From an uncultured Alphaproteobacteria bacterium (lineage in GTDB: Bacteria > Pseudomonadota > Alphaproteobacteria > Rhizobiales > Xanthobacteraceae), in NCBI GenBank assembly GCA_963845075.1, contig CAWJRE010000049.1, positions 58,047 through 122,046 of the forward strand: DNA of 64,000 nt. Direction: 5' to 3'. Shown one piece after another: positions 17,013-26,374 of the stretch. The number at the start of each line of letters is the position of its first letter. The first letter of the stretch is position 1. Below the pieces are notes generated by a model, which was not told the DNA's origin, did not search any database, and saw only the letters and a program-made list of their open reading frames with translations. The position numbers and the translations under genes are program-made.

Positions 17013-17980
17013 CTGCAGCGCACGTTGTCAGTGTGAACGAGCGCGCCGCGACGCTCGTCGCGCGCATGATCGCGGACGCAGAAGAGCTCAGGATAGGAAT
17101 TGGCCGCGGCGATCTCGGCGAAACGCTGATCAACTCCGGAAGCAAGAGTGTTGGCAGCGTCGCCGCCGGATTGCGCATGGCCGAAATCTGCACTGGCGGG
17201 CTGGCGCATGTCAGCCTCACGCCGTCACCGCTGGCGCCGCGCTGGCCCTGGACAATCGCGGTGCGATCGTCACAGCCGGTGATCGCCTGCCTCGCCAGTC
17301 AATATGCCGGCTGGCGTCTGTCACTCAAGGACGGCGACAACTCGTTTTTCGCGCTCGGATCAGGGCCGGCTCGCGCACTCGCGAGACGAGAACCGTTGTT
17401 TCAACAGCTCTCCTACGCCAACTCGGCGGCCAATGCCGTCCTTGTGATCGAAAGTGGCCGCCCTCCCCCGGCAAAAATCGTAGCGCAGGTCGCGCAGGAT
17501 TGCCGCGTCAAACCGAAGGACCTGACGATCATCTTCGCGCCGACGCAAAGTCTCGCCGGCAGCACTCAAATCGTTGCACGCTCTCTGGAGGTTGCCCTTC
17601 ATAAGATGCACGAGCTGCATTTTCCACTTGATCGCATCGTCGAGGGCATCGGCGCCGCCCCGCTCTGCCCGCCGCATCCTGATTTCGTCACCGCCATGGG
17701 GCGAACGAACGACGCCATCATCTTTGCCGGACAGGTGCAGTTGTTCGTGACAGGCCCGGCCGGCGAAGCCCGTGCGCTGGCCGATAAACTTCCAAGCAGA
17801 GCATCGCGCGACTACGGGCGCCCGTTCGCTGAGATTTTCAAAGCGGTCAGCGGCGACTTCTACGCCATCGATCCGATGCTCTTCAGCCCGGCAAAGGTTA
17901 TTGTTACGGCGCTCGAAACCGGCGAAAGCTTCCAATCCGGAGACATTGACCTGGACCTGCTCGATGCCTCTTTCGCCTGA
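17009..17980 (+). CDS. mch: methenyltetrahydromethanopterin cyclohydrolase
   Basis: 323 aa. ATGA overlap with the preceding gene. The sequence is Mch-like: VNERAATLVARMIADAEELRIG...SQPVIACLASQYAGW. Confidence 0.9.
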   Translation: MTAAHVVSVNERAATLVARMIADAEELRIGIGRGDLGETLINSGSKSVGSVAAGLRMAEICTGGLAHVSLTPSPLAPRWPWTIAVRSSQPVIACLASQYAGWRLSLKDGDNSFFALGSGPARALARREPLFQQLSYANSAANAVLVIESGRPPPAKIVAQVAQDCRVKPKDLTIIFAPTQSLAGSTQIVARSLEVALHKMHELHFPLDRIVEGIGAAPLCPPHPDFVTAMGRTNDAIIFAGQVQLFVTGPAGEARALADKLPSRASRDYGRPFAEIFKAVSGDFYAIDPMLFSPAKVIVTALETGESFQSGDIDLDLLDASFA

Positions 17981-18918
17981 GCGTCCCTGCTGCACCGGAC
18001 ACGCATCGACACCGACCGTTGGCCTCGTGGTCGATCGCATGGATTGGCACGCGCGCGAAGTCGCCGCCGCACTCGCCGCCCGCGGCTTCGGCACGGCGCC
18101 CATTCGCCTGCACCTGTGCGGAATCGCCACGCAAAATGCGAGCGGATTGCACATAGACGGTTTCGGAGAACGCCTGCCAGATGCCGTCATTGTGCGCTCC
18201 ATGTCGGGCGGCACGTTCGAAGCCGTCACGTTGCGCCTCGGTATTCTTCATGCGTTGCGGGAATGCGGCGTCATGGTCTGGAACGACGCGCGCGCCATTG
18301 AGCGTTGCGTGGACAAATCGACGACGAGCTTTCTGCTCGCGCGCGCCGGTATCACAACCCCGCCGACCTGGGCGGTCGAGTCATACGATCGGGCCCGCGC
18401 CATCGCGCAAGCCGAGACCAAAGAAGCCGCTTTGGTGCTCAAGCCATTGTTTGGTTCGCAGGGACGTGGGCTGCGCCTCATCCGCAAGCCGGACGATCTG
18501 CCACTCATCCGAAGACGTGGCTGGCGGGGTCTATTATCTCCAGCGCTTCGCGGGGATCGAGCGCGGCGGATACCATGATTTCCGCCTGCTCGTCGTGCGG
18601 GGCCGTGTGGTCGCTGCGATGCAAAGGCACTCCATGCACTGGATTACCAACGTGAAGCGGGGCGGCCGTCCGGTGCCAGCCCTCATCAATGACGACTTGA
18701 ACGCGCTGGCAGTCCGCGCGGCAGCAGCTGTTGGGGCGGATTTTGCCGGAGTCGATGTTCTGTACGGGCCGGATCAGCAGCCGACGGTACTTGAGGTCAA
18801 CAGCATGCCGGCCTGGTCGGGGCTGCAAAAAGTGTCGTCGGCCAATATCGCCGCGAGCCTTGTCGCGGCCCTCGTCGAGGCTTTGGCGGAGCGGCGGCGG
18901 CGCGAGGCGTTGGCGTGA
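17964..18918 (+). pseudogene. RimK-type ATP-grasp ligase (tetrahydromethanopterin:glutamate ligase-like), split by a +1 frameshift
   Basis: The N-terminal part is in frame 0 (...VLKPLFGSQGRGLRLIRKPDDLP). The C-terminal part is in frame +1 (SEDVAGGVYYLQRFAGIERGGYHDFRLLVVRGRVVAAM...LEVNSMPAWSGL). The switch lies between 18498 and 18511. Confidence 0.8.
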
Positions 18919-19778
18919 CCACGCGCCCGGATTTGATCGCCGAAGCGTTCAGATGGGCCTGCCTTGCCGAGCTTGACGCACCAAAGCCCGGCAATGTGCA
19001 CATTTTTGCCGATGGCCATCGCATGACGGCGGCTGAGTTCGTTGCCAGCGCCGATGCCGCGGCGCCGCATTTGTCCGCTTCAGGCGCCCGGGTCGGCGCG
19101 CGCATTCTCGGCGCCGTCGAGGCGACGTCCGAGGCCGTCGGCGCAAATACCAACCTCGGAATCATCTTATTGTGCGCGCCACTCGCGGCGGCCGCCGAGA
19201 ATGATATTTCCGATCTGCGCGCTTCGCTTATCGAGGTTCTTCAAAGACTTGATACGAAAGACGCGGAGCTCACGTATCGCGCCATCGTGCTTGCGGCCCC
19301 AGCCGGGCTCGGGCGTAGCGAACGCCATGACGTATTTGGGCCGGCGACAGTCAGCCTCCTGGACGCAATGACCGAGGCCTCCGGCCGCGACCGTGTGGCG
19401 AGGCAATATGCCACGAGTTTTGCAGACATTTTCGAGGTCGGTCTGCCGCGCCTCGAAGCGGCCGTTGTGCAATACGCCGATCTGCGGTGGGCGACACTTG
19501 CGACTTATCTCGAGTTTCTCTCAGCATTTCCAGATACGCACATCGCGCGAAAACACGGCGCGCCTGCTGCAGATAGGGTTTGTGACGCTGCGGCAGCGTT
19601 GCAACGCTCCCTTCACGCGACGGAACATCCTGAAACGCTGCTGCCGGACCTTTTGACTTGGGACGCTGCCCTCAAAGCTGACGGCATCAATCCTGGAACG
19701 AGCGCCGATCTGACGGTGGCTACTTTGTTCGCGAACCAACTCAACGTTGTCTTGCCGTCAAAGCACAAGAGTGATTGA
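18915..19778 (+). CDS. triphosphoribosyl-dephospho-CoA synthase (CitG/MdcB) family protein of the H4MPT-linked set
   Basis: 287 aa. The GTG start overlaps the preceding stop (GTGA). It begins with the CitG-like LAELDAPKPGNVHIFADGHRMT. Confidence 0.75.
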   Translation: MTTRPDLIAEAFRWACLAELDAPKPGNVHIFADGHRMTAAEFVASADAAAPHLSASGARVGARILGAVEATSEAVGANTNLGIILLCAPLAAAAENDISDLRASLIEVLQRLDTKDAELTYRAIVLAAPAGLGRSERHDVFGPATVSLLDAMTEASGRDRVARQYATSFADIFEVGLPRLEAAVVQYADLRWATLATYLEFLSAFPDTHIARKHGAPAADRVCDAAAALQRSLHATEHPETLLPDLLTWDAALKADGINPGTSADLTVATLFANQLNVVLPSKHKSD

Positions 19779-19931
19779 CTTGCGTCAGCGGGACGCGTTC
19801 CCGCGGCTATCTGGCAAACCGGTCCGGCAGGTCCACGCCGGATGCTGACAACAAGGATAGACATTCAATCTGCGCACGCAACGTCACAAGGCGTTGCGGG
19901 GGCGTTGTGATTTCCTTGGGAGGAGATGGCG

Positions 19932-20438
19932 ATGGCGAAGATCAACCAACTCTGCGTCGGTGAATCACTTGTCGGTGACGGGAACGAGGTGGCCCATATC
20001 GATCTCATCATGGGCCCGCGCGGCAGCGCAGCCGAAACGGCATTCGCAAACTGCCTGACCAACAACAAGGACGGCTTTACGTCTTTGCTCGCGGTGGTCG
20101 CGCCGAATTTGCTTTGTAAGCCCGCGACCGTTCTTTTCAACAAAGTAACGATCAAAGGCGCCAAGCAGGCCGTTCAGATGTTCGGCCCCGCGCAGCACGC
20201 CGTTGCCAAAGCGGTTGCCGATAGCGTCGCCGAGGGCATCATCCCGCAGGACGAGGCCGACAACATTTTCATCTGTTGCGGCGTGTTCATTCACTGGGAA
20301 GCGACCGACGATAAGAAGATTCAAGACTACAACTATCGCGCCGTGAAGGAGGCCATCGCCCGCGCCGTCGCCGGCGATCCAAAGCCTGCGGAAGTCGTTG
20401 CCAAGCGCGATCAGGTCAAACACCCCTTCGCCGCTTAG
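19932..20438 (+). CDS. fae: formaldehyde-activating enzyme
   Basis: [32 protein letters not shown] matches the Fae N-terminus as I recall it. GGGAGGAG sits 6 nt upstream of ATG 19932 (the ORF-track start 19926 abuts the RBS). Confidence 0.92.
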   Translation: MAKINQLCVGESLVGDGNEVAHIDLIMGPRGSAAETAFANCLTNNKDGFTSLLAVVAPNLLCKPATVLFNKVTIKGAKQAVQMFGPAQHAVAKAVADSVAEGIIPQDEADNIFICCGVFIHWEATDDKKIQDYNYRAVKEAIARAVAGDPKPAEVVAKRDQVKHPFAA

Positions 20439-20525
20439 GCATATCGTCCGGAGCGACGGCTCTTTGGTGAAGTGAATTTCAGAGCTTTGGCGGTCGTCGC
20501 TCGACGGCGAAGCAGGTGGGTCCGC

Positions 20526-21227
20526 TCAGGCCATTTGCAGGCGCGCGATTTGCGCGCCCGCGAGTGTGCCGTTATGCAAGCAGGACGCGACGAGCGCGCC
20601 GGCGATGCCCCGTTCTGCCAGTGCGCTCAGGTCGTCGACGTCGCGTACGCCACCGGCCGCGTAAACGCGCTTTCCGCGGCCGGCGTTTTTGGTCGCCTCA
20701 AGCCGCGCCCAATCGGGGCCCAGTCCGCTGCCGACGCGGGCAAGCGTCATCGCAATGACTCGGCTTGGCCACGCGTCGACATTGCTCAGCAATGCTGCCG
20801 GTCCAACAAAATCATCGCCACGGTAATCGAGCGACAAGACGATGCGGTCGTCTTTGCACAGCCTCCGGAGAACGGCTTCGTCCCTTTGCGTCTCGCTCCC
20901 CAGCACGAGGTGCCCGAGGTCAGCGTCCAGCCACCGTTCGGCGCTGGCCCGGTCGGCGATCCCATTGTCGACCCAGAATGTTGAATGAGGAAAGTTCGCC
21001 TTAAGCTCCGCCAATACGGCATCGTTGTTCCCAGCGCCGGCGATGGCATCGAGGTCGGCTATGTAGAAGCTGCTAAAAGGATAGACCGACAATAGACCGC
21101 GAGCGACGTCGTTCGGGTTGCTCGTTGGTGAAAGCGGCGTTCTGATCGGACGATAGTGCTCGCGCGCTCCCATACGCGCATGCACGACTAGTCCGCCCTT
21201 GAGATCAAGAACTGGAATAACCTGCAT
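20526..21227 (-). CDS. HisA/HisF-family barrel protein of the H4MPT-linked gene set
   Basis: 233 aa with MQVIPVLDLKGGLVVHA...FYIADLDAI and ...VYAAGGVRDVDDL motifs. Confidence 0.75.
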   Translation of the reverse strand: MQVIPVLDLKGGLVVHARMGAREHYRPIRTPLSPTSNPNDVARGLLSVYPFSSFYIADLDAIAGAGNNDAVLAELKANFPHSTFWVDNGIADRASAERWLDADLGHLVLGSETQRDEAVLRRLCKDDRIVLSLDYRGDDFVGPAALLSNVDAWPSRVIAMTLARVGSGLGPDWARLEATKNAGRGKRVYAAGGVRDVDDLSALAERGIAGALVASCLHNGTLAGAQIARLQMA

Positions 21228-21299
21228 ATCAAGGTCCTTACCCGGCTATTCATTTCGAACCATCGCATATTATCAGCTAACAATTGCGCCGGAGGCTCC

Positions 21300-22319
21300 A
21301 TGAGCATTGTCATCGGATGGGACATCGGCGGAGTTCATCTCAAGGCGGCGCGCGCCGAAGACGGGCACGTGACCAAAGTCGCGCAGTACGCCTCCCCGCT
21401 GCGATCCGGGACCGAGCGCCTGTTGCAGGCCTTCGCTGAGGCCAAGAAGGATCTCGGCCGTGCTGAGCATCACGTAATCACGATGACCGGCGAACTTGCT
21501 GATACCTTTTCCTCACGCGCTGAGGGCGTGGAGCATCTTGCCAATTTGGCGGCGCGCGAGCTCGGCGGCGTGCAGATTTACGCCGGCCCTGCCGGCTATG
21601 TCGGTCCGGAGGATGCGTACAAGCACTATGCCGATATCGCGTCGGCCAATTGGCACGCCTGCGCAACATTGATCGCACGTACACGCGAGCATGCGCTGCT
21701 GATCGACTTTGGCTCGACAACAACCGACATCGTCCCGATCTTTCAGGGCAAGCCCATTGCCCGCGGGTATACCGATGCGCAGCGGCTGGCGGCGGGTGAA
21801 CTTGTGTATACGGGCATGGTCCGCAGCTTCGTCATGGCGACGGCCGATCGCGCCCCCTTTCGCGGCAGCTGGACACCGCTGATCAACGAGAACTTCGCCA
21901 CGATGGCGGACGTTCATCGCATCCTCGGCACGTTGCCGCCCGACGTTGATTTGATGCCAACGGCCGATGGGCGCCCGAAAACGATCGATGCATCGCGAGC
22001 GCGGCTTGCCCGCATGCTTGGAAGTGACGCATCCGACGGGGACGACGAGACCTGGACGTTGGTTGCGCGATGGTTTGCGGAAGCGCAGGCGCGTGCCATA
22101 TGCGACGCCGCAAGGCTGGTGTTGTCGGCCGGACCATTGCCCTCGACCACGACAATAGTTGCGGCCGGCATTGGCCGCGTCCTCGTGGACGAAGTTGCGC
22201 GCCGGCTTCATTGCGCCTGCGTCGGCTTTGATGAGCTATGCGACGTGGCGCCTGAAGCGCGCACCGCCGCATGCCGTTGCGCGCCAGCAGTCGCGCTTGC
22301 GGTGCTCTCGTCATCGTGA
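21300..22319 (+). CDS. hydantoinase/oxoprolinase-family H4MPT-linked C1 transfer pathway protein
   Basis: 339 aa with an ASKHA-type N-terminus IGWDIGGVHLKAA. It is divergent from the HisA-like gene. Confidence 0.7.
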   Translation: MSIVIGWDIGGVHLKAARAEDGHVTKVAQYASPLRSGTERLLQAFAEAKKDLGRAEHHVITMTGELADTFSSRAEGVEHLANLAARELGGVQIYAGPAGYVGPEDAYKHYADIASANWHACATLIARTREHALLIDFGSTTTDIVPIFQGKPIARGYTDAQRLAAGELVYTGMVRSFVMATADRAPFRGSWTPLINENFATMADVHRILGTLPPDVDLMPTADGRPKTIDASRARLARMLGSDASDGDDETWTLVARWFAEAQARAICDAARLVLSAGPLPSTTTIVAAGIGRVLVDEVARRLHCACVGFDELCDVAPEARTAACRCAPAVALAVLSSS

Positions 22320-22375
22320 CGTGCTGAGCACGATGGCTTTAGGTTGAATTGTCGTCGCGCGCTCGATCTTTGATT

Positions 22376-22406
22376 GAGCATGATCCCACTTTTCCGGATC
22401 ATGCTC
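22376..22406. repeat. palindromic intergenic element (11-bp perfect stem GAGCATGATCC/GGATCATGCTC, 9-nt loop)
   Basis: It lies between convergent genes and shares the AGCAYGATCC/GGATCATGCT arms with the element at 42646-42717. Confidence 0.6.
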
Positions 22407-22918
22407 TAAGGCTTCCGACTGGGCGCGACGAATGGATTACTATCGACTCCCGTGCGGTTATTTTTCTCAAAGCATGTCTCCAAACGCCCGAGCGCTGCCA
22501 TGCTCCCGTCAAGCGGCACCCGCAGTGTCGCTCCTTCCCCTCTCACCTCTAGAACATCGGCGATACGCATTCTCTCATTGAGAGACCGATCCGCAAGCGG
22601 AATCGTTACGCTCCTGTTTTCCGCCAGCGCCTTAACTTGAATTGCGCGCGTACCCGCAGCCAAGGTGACATCGTAGGCCTTGCCCCGATCGAGCTTCCAT
22701 TTCGACGAATCGAGCAACAGGAGCAGACCATCGCGAGTCCGCAGAAACGTTATGTCGAGATCGCTCACAGACCGGTTCATCGTACAATTGTCGAATTTTT
22801 CGGCCTTGAATGAGGTAGCAATTGTCCATGGACCAACGGTCACCGTCTGATCTTGCGCAGGCGCAATAGTCGAGGTCGCCAAGAGTCCCACCAAAGAAAT
22901 TGCGACTGACGATCGCAT
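22406..22918 (-). CDS. secreted hypothetical protein
   Basis: 170-aa ORF with signal peptide MRSSVAISLVGLLATSTIAPAQD. No motif recognised. Confidence 0.55.
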   Translation of the reverse strand: MRSSVAISLVGLLATSTIAPAQDQTVTVGPWTIATSFKAEKFDNCTMNRSVSDLDITFLRTRDGLLLLLDSSKWKLDRGKAYDVTLAAGTRAIQVKALAENRSVTIPLADRSLNERMRIADVLEVRGEGATLRVPLDGSMAALGRLETCFEKNNRTGVDSNPFVAPSRKP

Positions 22919-23242
22919 CGTTTCCTCCTAGTACGTTCGCGGCGGCGAAGAATGCCAGCCAAGACACGCGCTCTCCGTTCGGTCGGCACGACATACGAGA
23001 TTGCCAAAGCCGCGGAAGACCAAAGATTTGTGGTGGATTGGCAGCAAAGAGCTGAATTTCATGGACCATCCCCTGTCCACGTCAAATGAAGGAGTGCTTT
23101 GACAAGGAAATGAGAACGGGGCCGCAAAGTTCCCGGCGATCAATTTCCGTGGGATTCGGGACGGCTGCTGCAGGCGTTTTTCACAAGACAGACAAACGGC
23201 CTAGCAACTTCGATCAAAAAGCGCGCTCCGACTATTCTTTCA

Positions 23243-23276
23243 AACGAAATAAAAATGGCCCCGGATGTGGGGCCAT
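23243..23276 (-). terminator. Rho-independent terminator downstream of the lytic transglycosylase gene
   Basis: 8-bp stem ATGGCCCC/GGGGCCAT (23255-23276) with a 6-nt loop. On the minus strand it is followed by UUUUUAUUU. Confidence 0.7.
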
Positions 23277-23434
23277 CTCCTTAGTGAGAGATCGCGGCCG
23301 GCACTGCTACGCGCCTCGCCCGCCAGTTGCCTATCAAAATCCACCGCTGAAACAACGCACACAGTGCTTCCCGGTTCCGGAACTCGGCCAACGCGCGGCC
23401 GTCGCGCCGGTCGGGCTGTGCGATGCCTAGGTGA

Positions 23435-25675
23435 TCAGTCCTGTATGGCGTCCACCCAGGCCGGCTTGGGGCGCCGCTCGACGCTTGCGGCGCGGTGCAG
23501 GTTGGGCTCGACGGTGGCAACGCTTGCGCCGAGGCGCACGCCGTACATCTGGAGATTCTCCATGACGCGCTGCACGTAATTGCGCGTCTCGGAGATCGGA
23601 ATGCGCTCGACCCAATCGACTTCGTCGACGTTGGGATCGCGCGGGTCGCCGTGCTGCGCCACCCATTGCCGGACCCGGCCACGGCCGGCATTGTAGCCGG
23701 CAAAGGTCATGACGTACGAACCGGCATACTCCTTGAACAAGGCGCTGATCTCGGCCGCGCCCATTTGCGTGTTGTAGACCGGATCGGAAACGAGACGTTT
23801 CCAATCGTAGGAGACGCCAAACCGTTTGGCAGTGTCCTTCCCGGCCTCCGGCGTGACCTGCATCAAACCCACCGCTTTGGCGGGCGACGCGTCGGCTTGA
23901 TTGAAGGCGCTTTCGGTGCGGACCACCGAGTAGACCACACAATGATCAATTGGCGGCGCGATCGGCTTATAGGAAGGCACGCCGATCTCAGGAAAAGCGT
24001 ATCGTTCCGTCGGCAGACCTCGCGCAAGCGCCGTTTTGCCCAGAGCCAGCATCGCCTGCGCATCGTGGTGCCGCGCGGTGACTTCGCCGAGCGCTGTCAG
24101 CGTCGCGACATCGGTGCTGGTTTCGGCAAAGTCGCTAACGAACGACAAGACGAGGTCGAATTCGCCGATCGCATAGAGAATGTCCGCGGCATGCGCGACG
24201 TCGCTCCGCGTGCCGCCTGCCGACTGCGGCGGCGAAAGGACCGCAATCTGACTGTGACCAAGTCGAGCGCGGGCGAGCTGACCGTAATAAGCCGTGGGAT
24301 AGGCCGCGGCGGCCTGATACTGCGCACGCATTTCATTAGACTGGCCGGCGGCCTCAGCCGTTCGGCCACGCCAATAGGCGGCGCGCGCCAACACGACCGG
24401 ATCGCTCGAACCATCGTCAACGTGGGTGAAGTGCGTAGACGCTGTCGCCGGGTCGTTCAGAAACCGCAACGCAATCCAGCCGGCCATGAAGTGGAATTCG
24501 GAGCGGTAGTAAGGATTGGAAGGAACCGCGGCATCGCGCACCACGCGATACGCGGTCTGCGGATCACCAAAATCGAGCAGCTTGCGCGCCAGATGGCGGC
24601 GCTCGCGCCACCATTCATCGGTGTCTTGGCGCTCCAACCCCACGCGTGAGGTCTCGGTCACGAGCTTGGCAGCCGCTACGAAGTCGTCGTGAACTTGCAG
24701 CCAGTGAAAGCGGCAGAGCACATAACCCAGATCTCCCCGTAACTCTTCGGGGACCTCGCCAAGCACTGCCTTGGCCTTCTTGGAATTCGCCTCGGCGGCC
24801 TCGCAAGCCTTGACGATTGCGACGCGACCCGGACCGAGCCGTTTGGCGGCGCGCATCGCCGCGCCGAAGTCTTTGGCGCCGATGCGCTTGTCCATGCGCG
24901 CGACATCATCGGCCGACGTTAGAACACCGGCGAACTCGTTCGATACCGCGGTTTCCAATTCAGCGGACATTTCCGCTGACTGCCAAACACCGCGAACTTC
25001 GCGCTCGGCGCCGGCGTGATCGCCCTCGCCCTGCAACACACGCGCGAGCGCAAGCCGGCCGACAGCGCTGACAGGTTGCCTGCCAAGGAAACGGCGGACG
25101 GTCGAGGCATCCCGTCGCTCCTGCCAAAGCCTTGCCTCTGCCCGCCGGCGCAGCGAGGTTGTGCTTGGCCAGTCGGCATTCGCCTGGATGAAAGCGGCGT
25201 AGTGATCGAATCCGGCCGGGCTGTCGGAATCGCGCAGCATGATCCATTCGACGAGCTTTCGGGCGACCGGATCGTCGATCGTCGCCGCCAGCGCAGTGGC
25301 TTCGCTAAACTTGCGATGCCGTAGCAACGCGATGGCCTGTTTCGTCGCCGTTAGATCCGTCGACGGCTCGAGAGCCGCGGCCGATTCCTGAGCCGATTCG
25401 CGATCCGGCAAGATCCTCGATTTGGCCGCTCGTTCCGACCGCTCGCCTTTATGCGCCGATCCGTGCCCGTGATGCTTCCCCTCGGAGGAAGCGCTCCCGT
25501 GCGCAGGAGCATGCCGATGACCCGGCGGCGTAGAAGACCCTTTGCCGAAGGCCGGCGTCATCATCGCCGAAGCGAGCAACAGCACCAAAACACGTCGCCG
25601 ATGCCGGCCAATGGAGTACGCAATCGCACCAGGAGCGTAAGCCGCACCGCGGCTCCGTAAGCCGATGGACGACAT
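23435..25675 (-). CDS. soluble lytic murein transglycosylase (Slt70-like)
   Basis: 746 aa with a signal peptide. Catalytic-domain motifs VVRTESAFNQ...GLMQVTP...AGYNAG. Confidence 0.88.
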   Translation of the reverse strand: MSSIGLRSRGAAYAPGAIAYSIGRHRRRVLVLLLASAMMTPAFGKGSSTPPGHRHAPAHGSASSEGKHHGHGSAHKGERSERAAKSRILPDRESAQESAAALEPSTDLTATKQAIALLRHRKFSEATALAATIDDPVARKLVEWIMLRDSDSPAGFDHYAAFIQANADWPSTTSLRRRAEARLWQERRDASTVRRFLGRQPVSAVGRLALARVLQGEGDHAGAEREVRGVWQSAEMSAELETAVSNEFAGVLTSADDVARMDKRIGAKDFGAAMRAAKRLGPGRVAIVKACEAAEANSKKAKAVLGEVPEELRGDLGYVLCRFHWLQVHDDFVAAAKLVTETSRVGLERQDTDEWWRERRHLARKLLDFGDPQTAYRVVRDAAVPSNPYYRSEFHFMAGWIALRFLNDPATASTHFTHVDDGSSDPVVLARAAYWRGRTAEAAGQSNEMRAQYQAAAAYPTAYYGQLARARLGHSQIAVLSPPQSAGGTRSDVAHAADILYAIGEFDLVLSFVSDFAETSTDVATLTALGEVTARHHDAQAMLALGKTALARGLPTERYAFPEIGVPSYKPIAPPIDHCVVYSVVRTESAFNQADASPAKAVGLMQVTPEAGKDTAKRFGVSYDWKRLVSDPVYNTQMGAAEISALFKEYAGSYVMTFAGYNAGRGRVRQWVAQHGDPRDPNVDEVDWVERIPISETRNYVQRVMENLQMYGVRLGASVATVEPNLHRAASVERRPKPAWVDAIQD

Positions 25676-25796
25676 GCTGAAATCCCCCGCTAGCGCGGAA
25701 CCTGCCGAACAATAGCGGCTGAACCGTGACAGAATCCGAAATAGCCACAGGTGGCCAATTCACGTTGACATGCGGCGGTCACTTTTGCTGCCAAAC

Positions 25797-26246
25797 CTAA
25801 GGCTGACCTCGCAAATCCTGAACGACCATCGTGCTCAATTCCATTTGGCGCGCTTCAGACTTCTGTCGCGCCGCCGCACTCATGGCCGCGCCCGGCGCCT
25901 TTGCCGGCTCGGGGAATCTCGCTGCGCACACACCCTTTATGGCGGCGGCGACCGCTGCGACATCCGATCGCCCGTCATCCATACGGCGAGCGGCTGCGTC
26001 CAAGCAGGCCACATAGCCGCTGATCCCCTCATTCTCTTCCTGCGCCACCGACGGCATCGACGTCGTCGTACAAGCTGGAAGCAAACAGGCTGTTGCAAGG
26101 CCCGCGAACAGTATAAGCGCGCGTTCGAGCGCATTGATCCGCCGCGCGACCTTGGTCCGGTTGACCCCGAGCGCGCACGCTGCGGCAACGGTCGAGCCGG
26201 TCCGAGAAACCGCCCGCAGAAAGCGCAAGTCGCTCCAGCCGAACAT
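25797..26246 (-). CDS. hypothetical protein: N-terminal LysR-type HTH remnant fused to a lipoprotein-like segment
   Basis: Residues 4-45 (WSDLRFLRAVSRTGSTVAAACALGVNRTKVARRINALERAL) look like a LysR HTH. They are followed by ILFAGLATACLLPAC (hydrophobic stretch plus lipobox-like LPAC) and unrelated sequence. Confidence 0.4.
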   Translation of the reverse strand: MFGWSDLRFLRAVSRTGSTVAAACALGVNRTKVARRINALERALILFAGLATACLLPACTTTSMPSVAQEENEGISGYVACLDAAARRMDDGRSDVAAVAAAIKGVCAARFPEPAKAPGAAMSAAARQKSEARQMELSTMVVQDLRGQP

Positions 26247-26374
26247 TCGCCGCCTACTGTTTGACTGCCGGTCGCAAGTCCAACGGTCCGGCGCTCGACC
26301 GCCTGATGCTAGGAAATGGCCGCCGCCGAGGGTAAGACTGTGACAACAAAAACGGTATCGGGGGGAAGCACGCC

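Noticed and set aside
19775-19925. Sigma-70 promoter for fae starting at TTGACT 19775
   Set aside because: No -10-like hexamer lies at 16-19 nt spacing. fae may instead be co-transcribed or use a promoter I cannot recognise.
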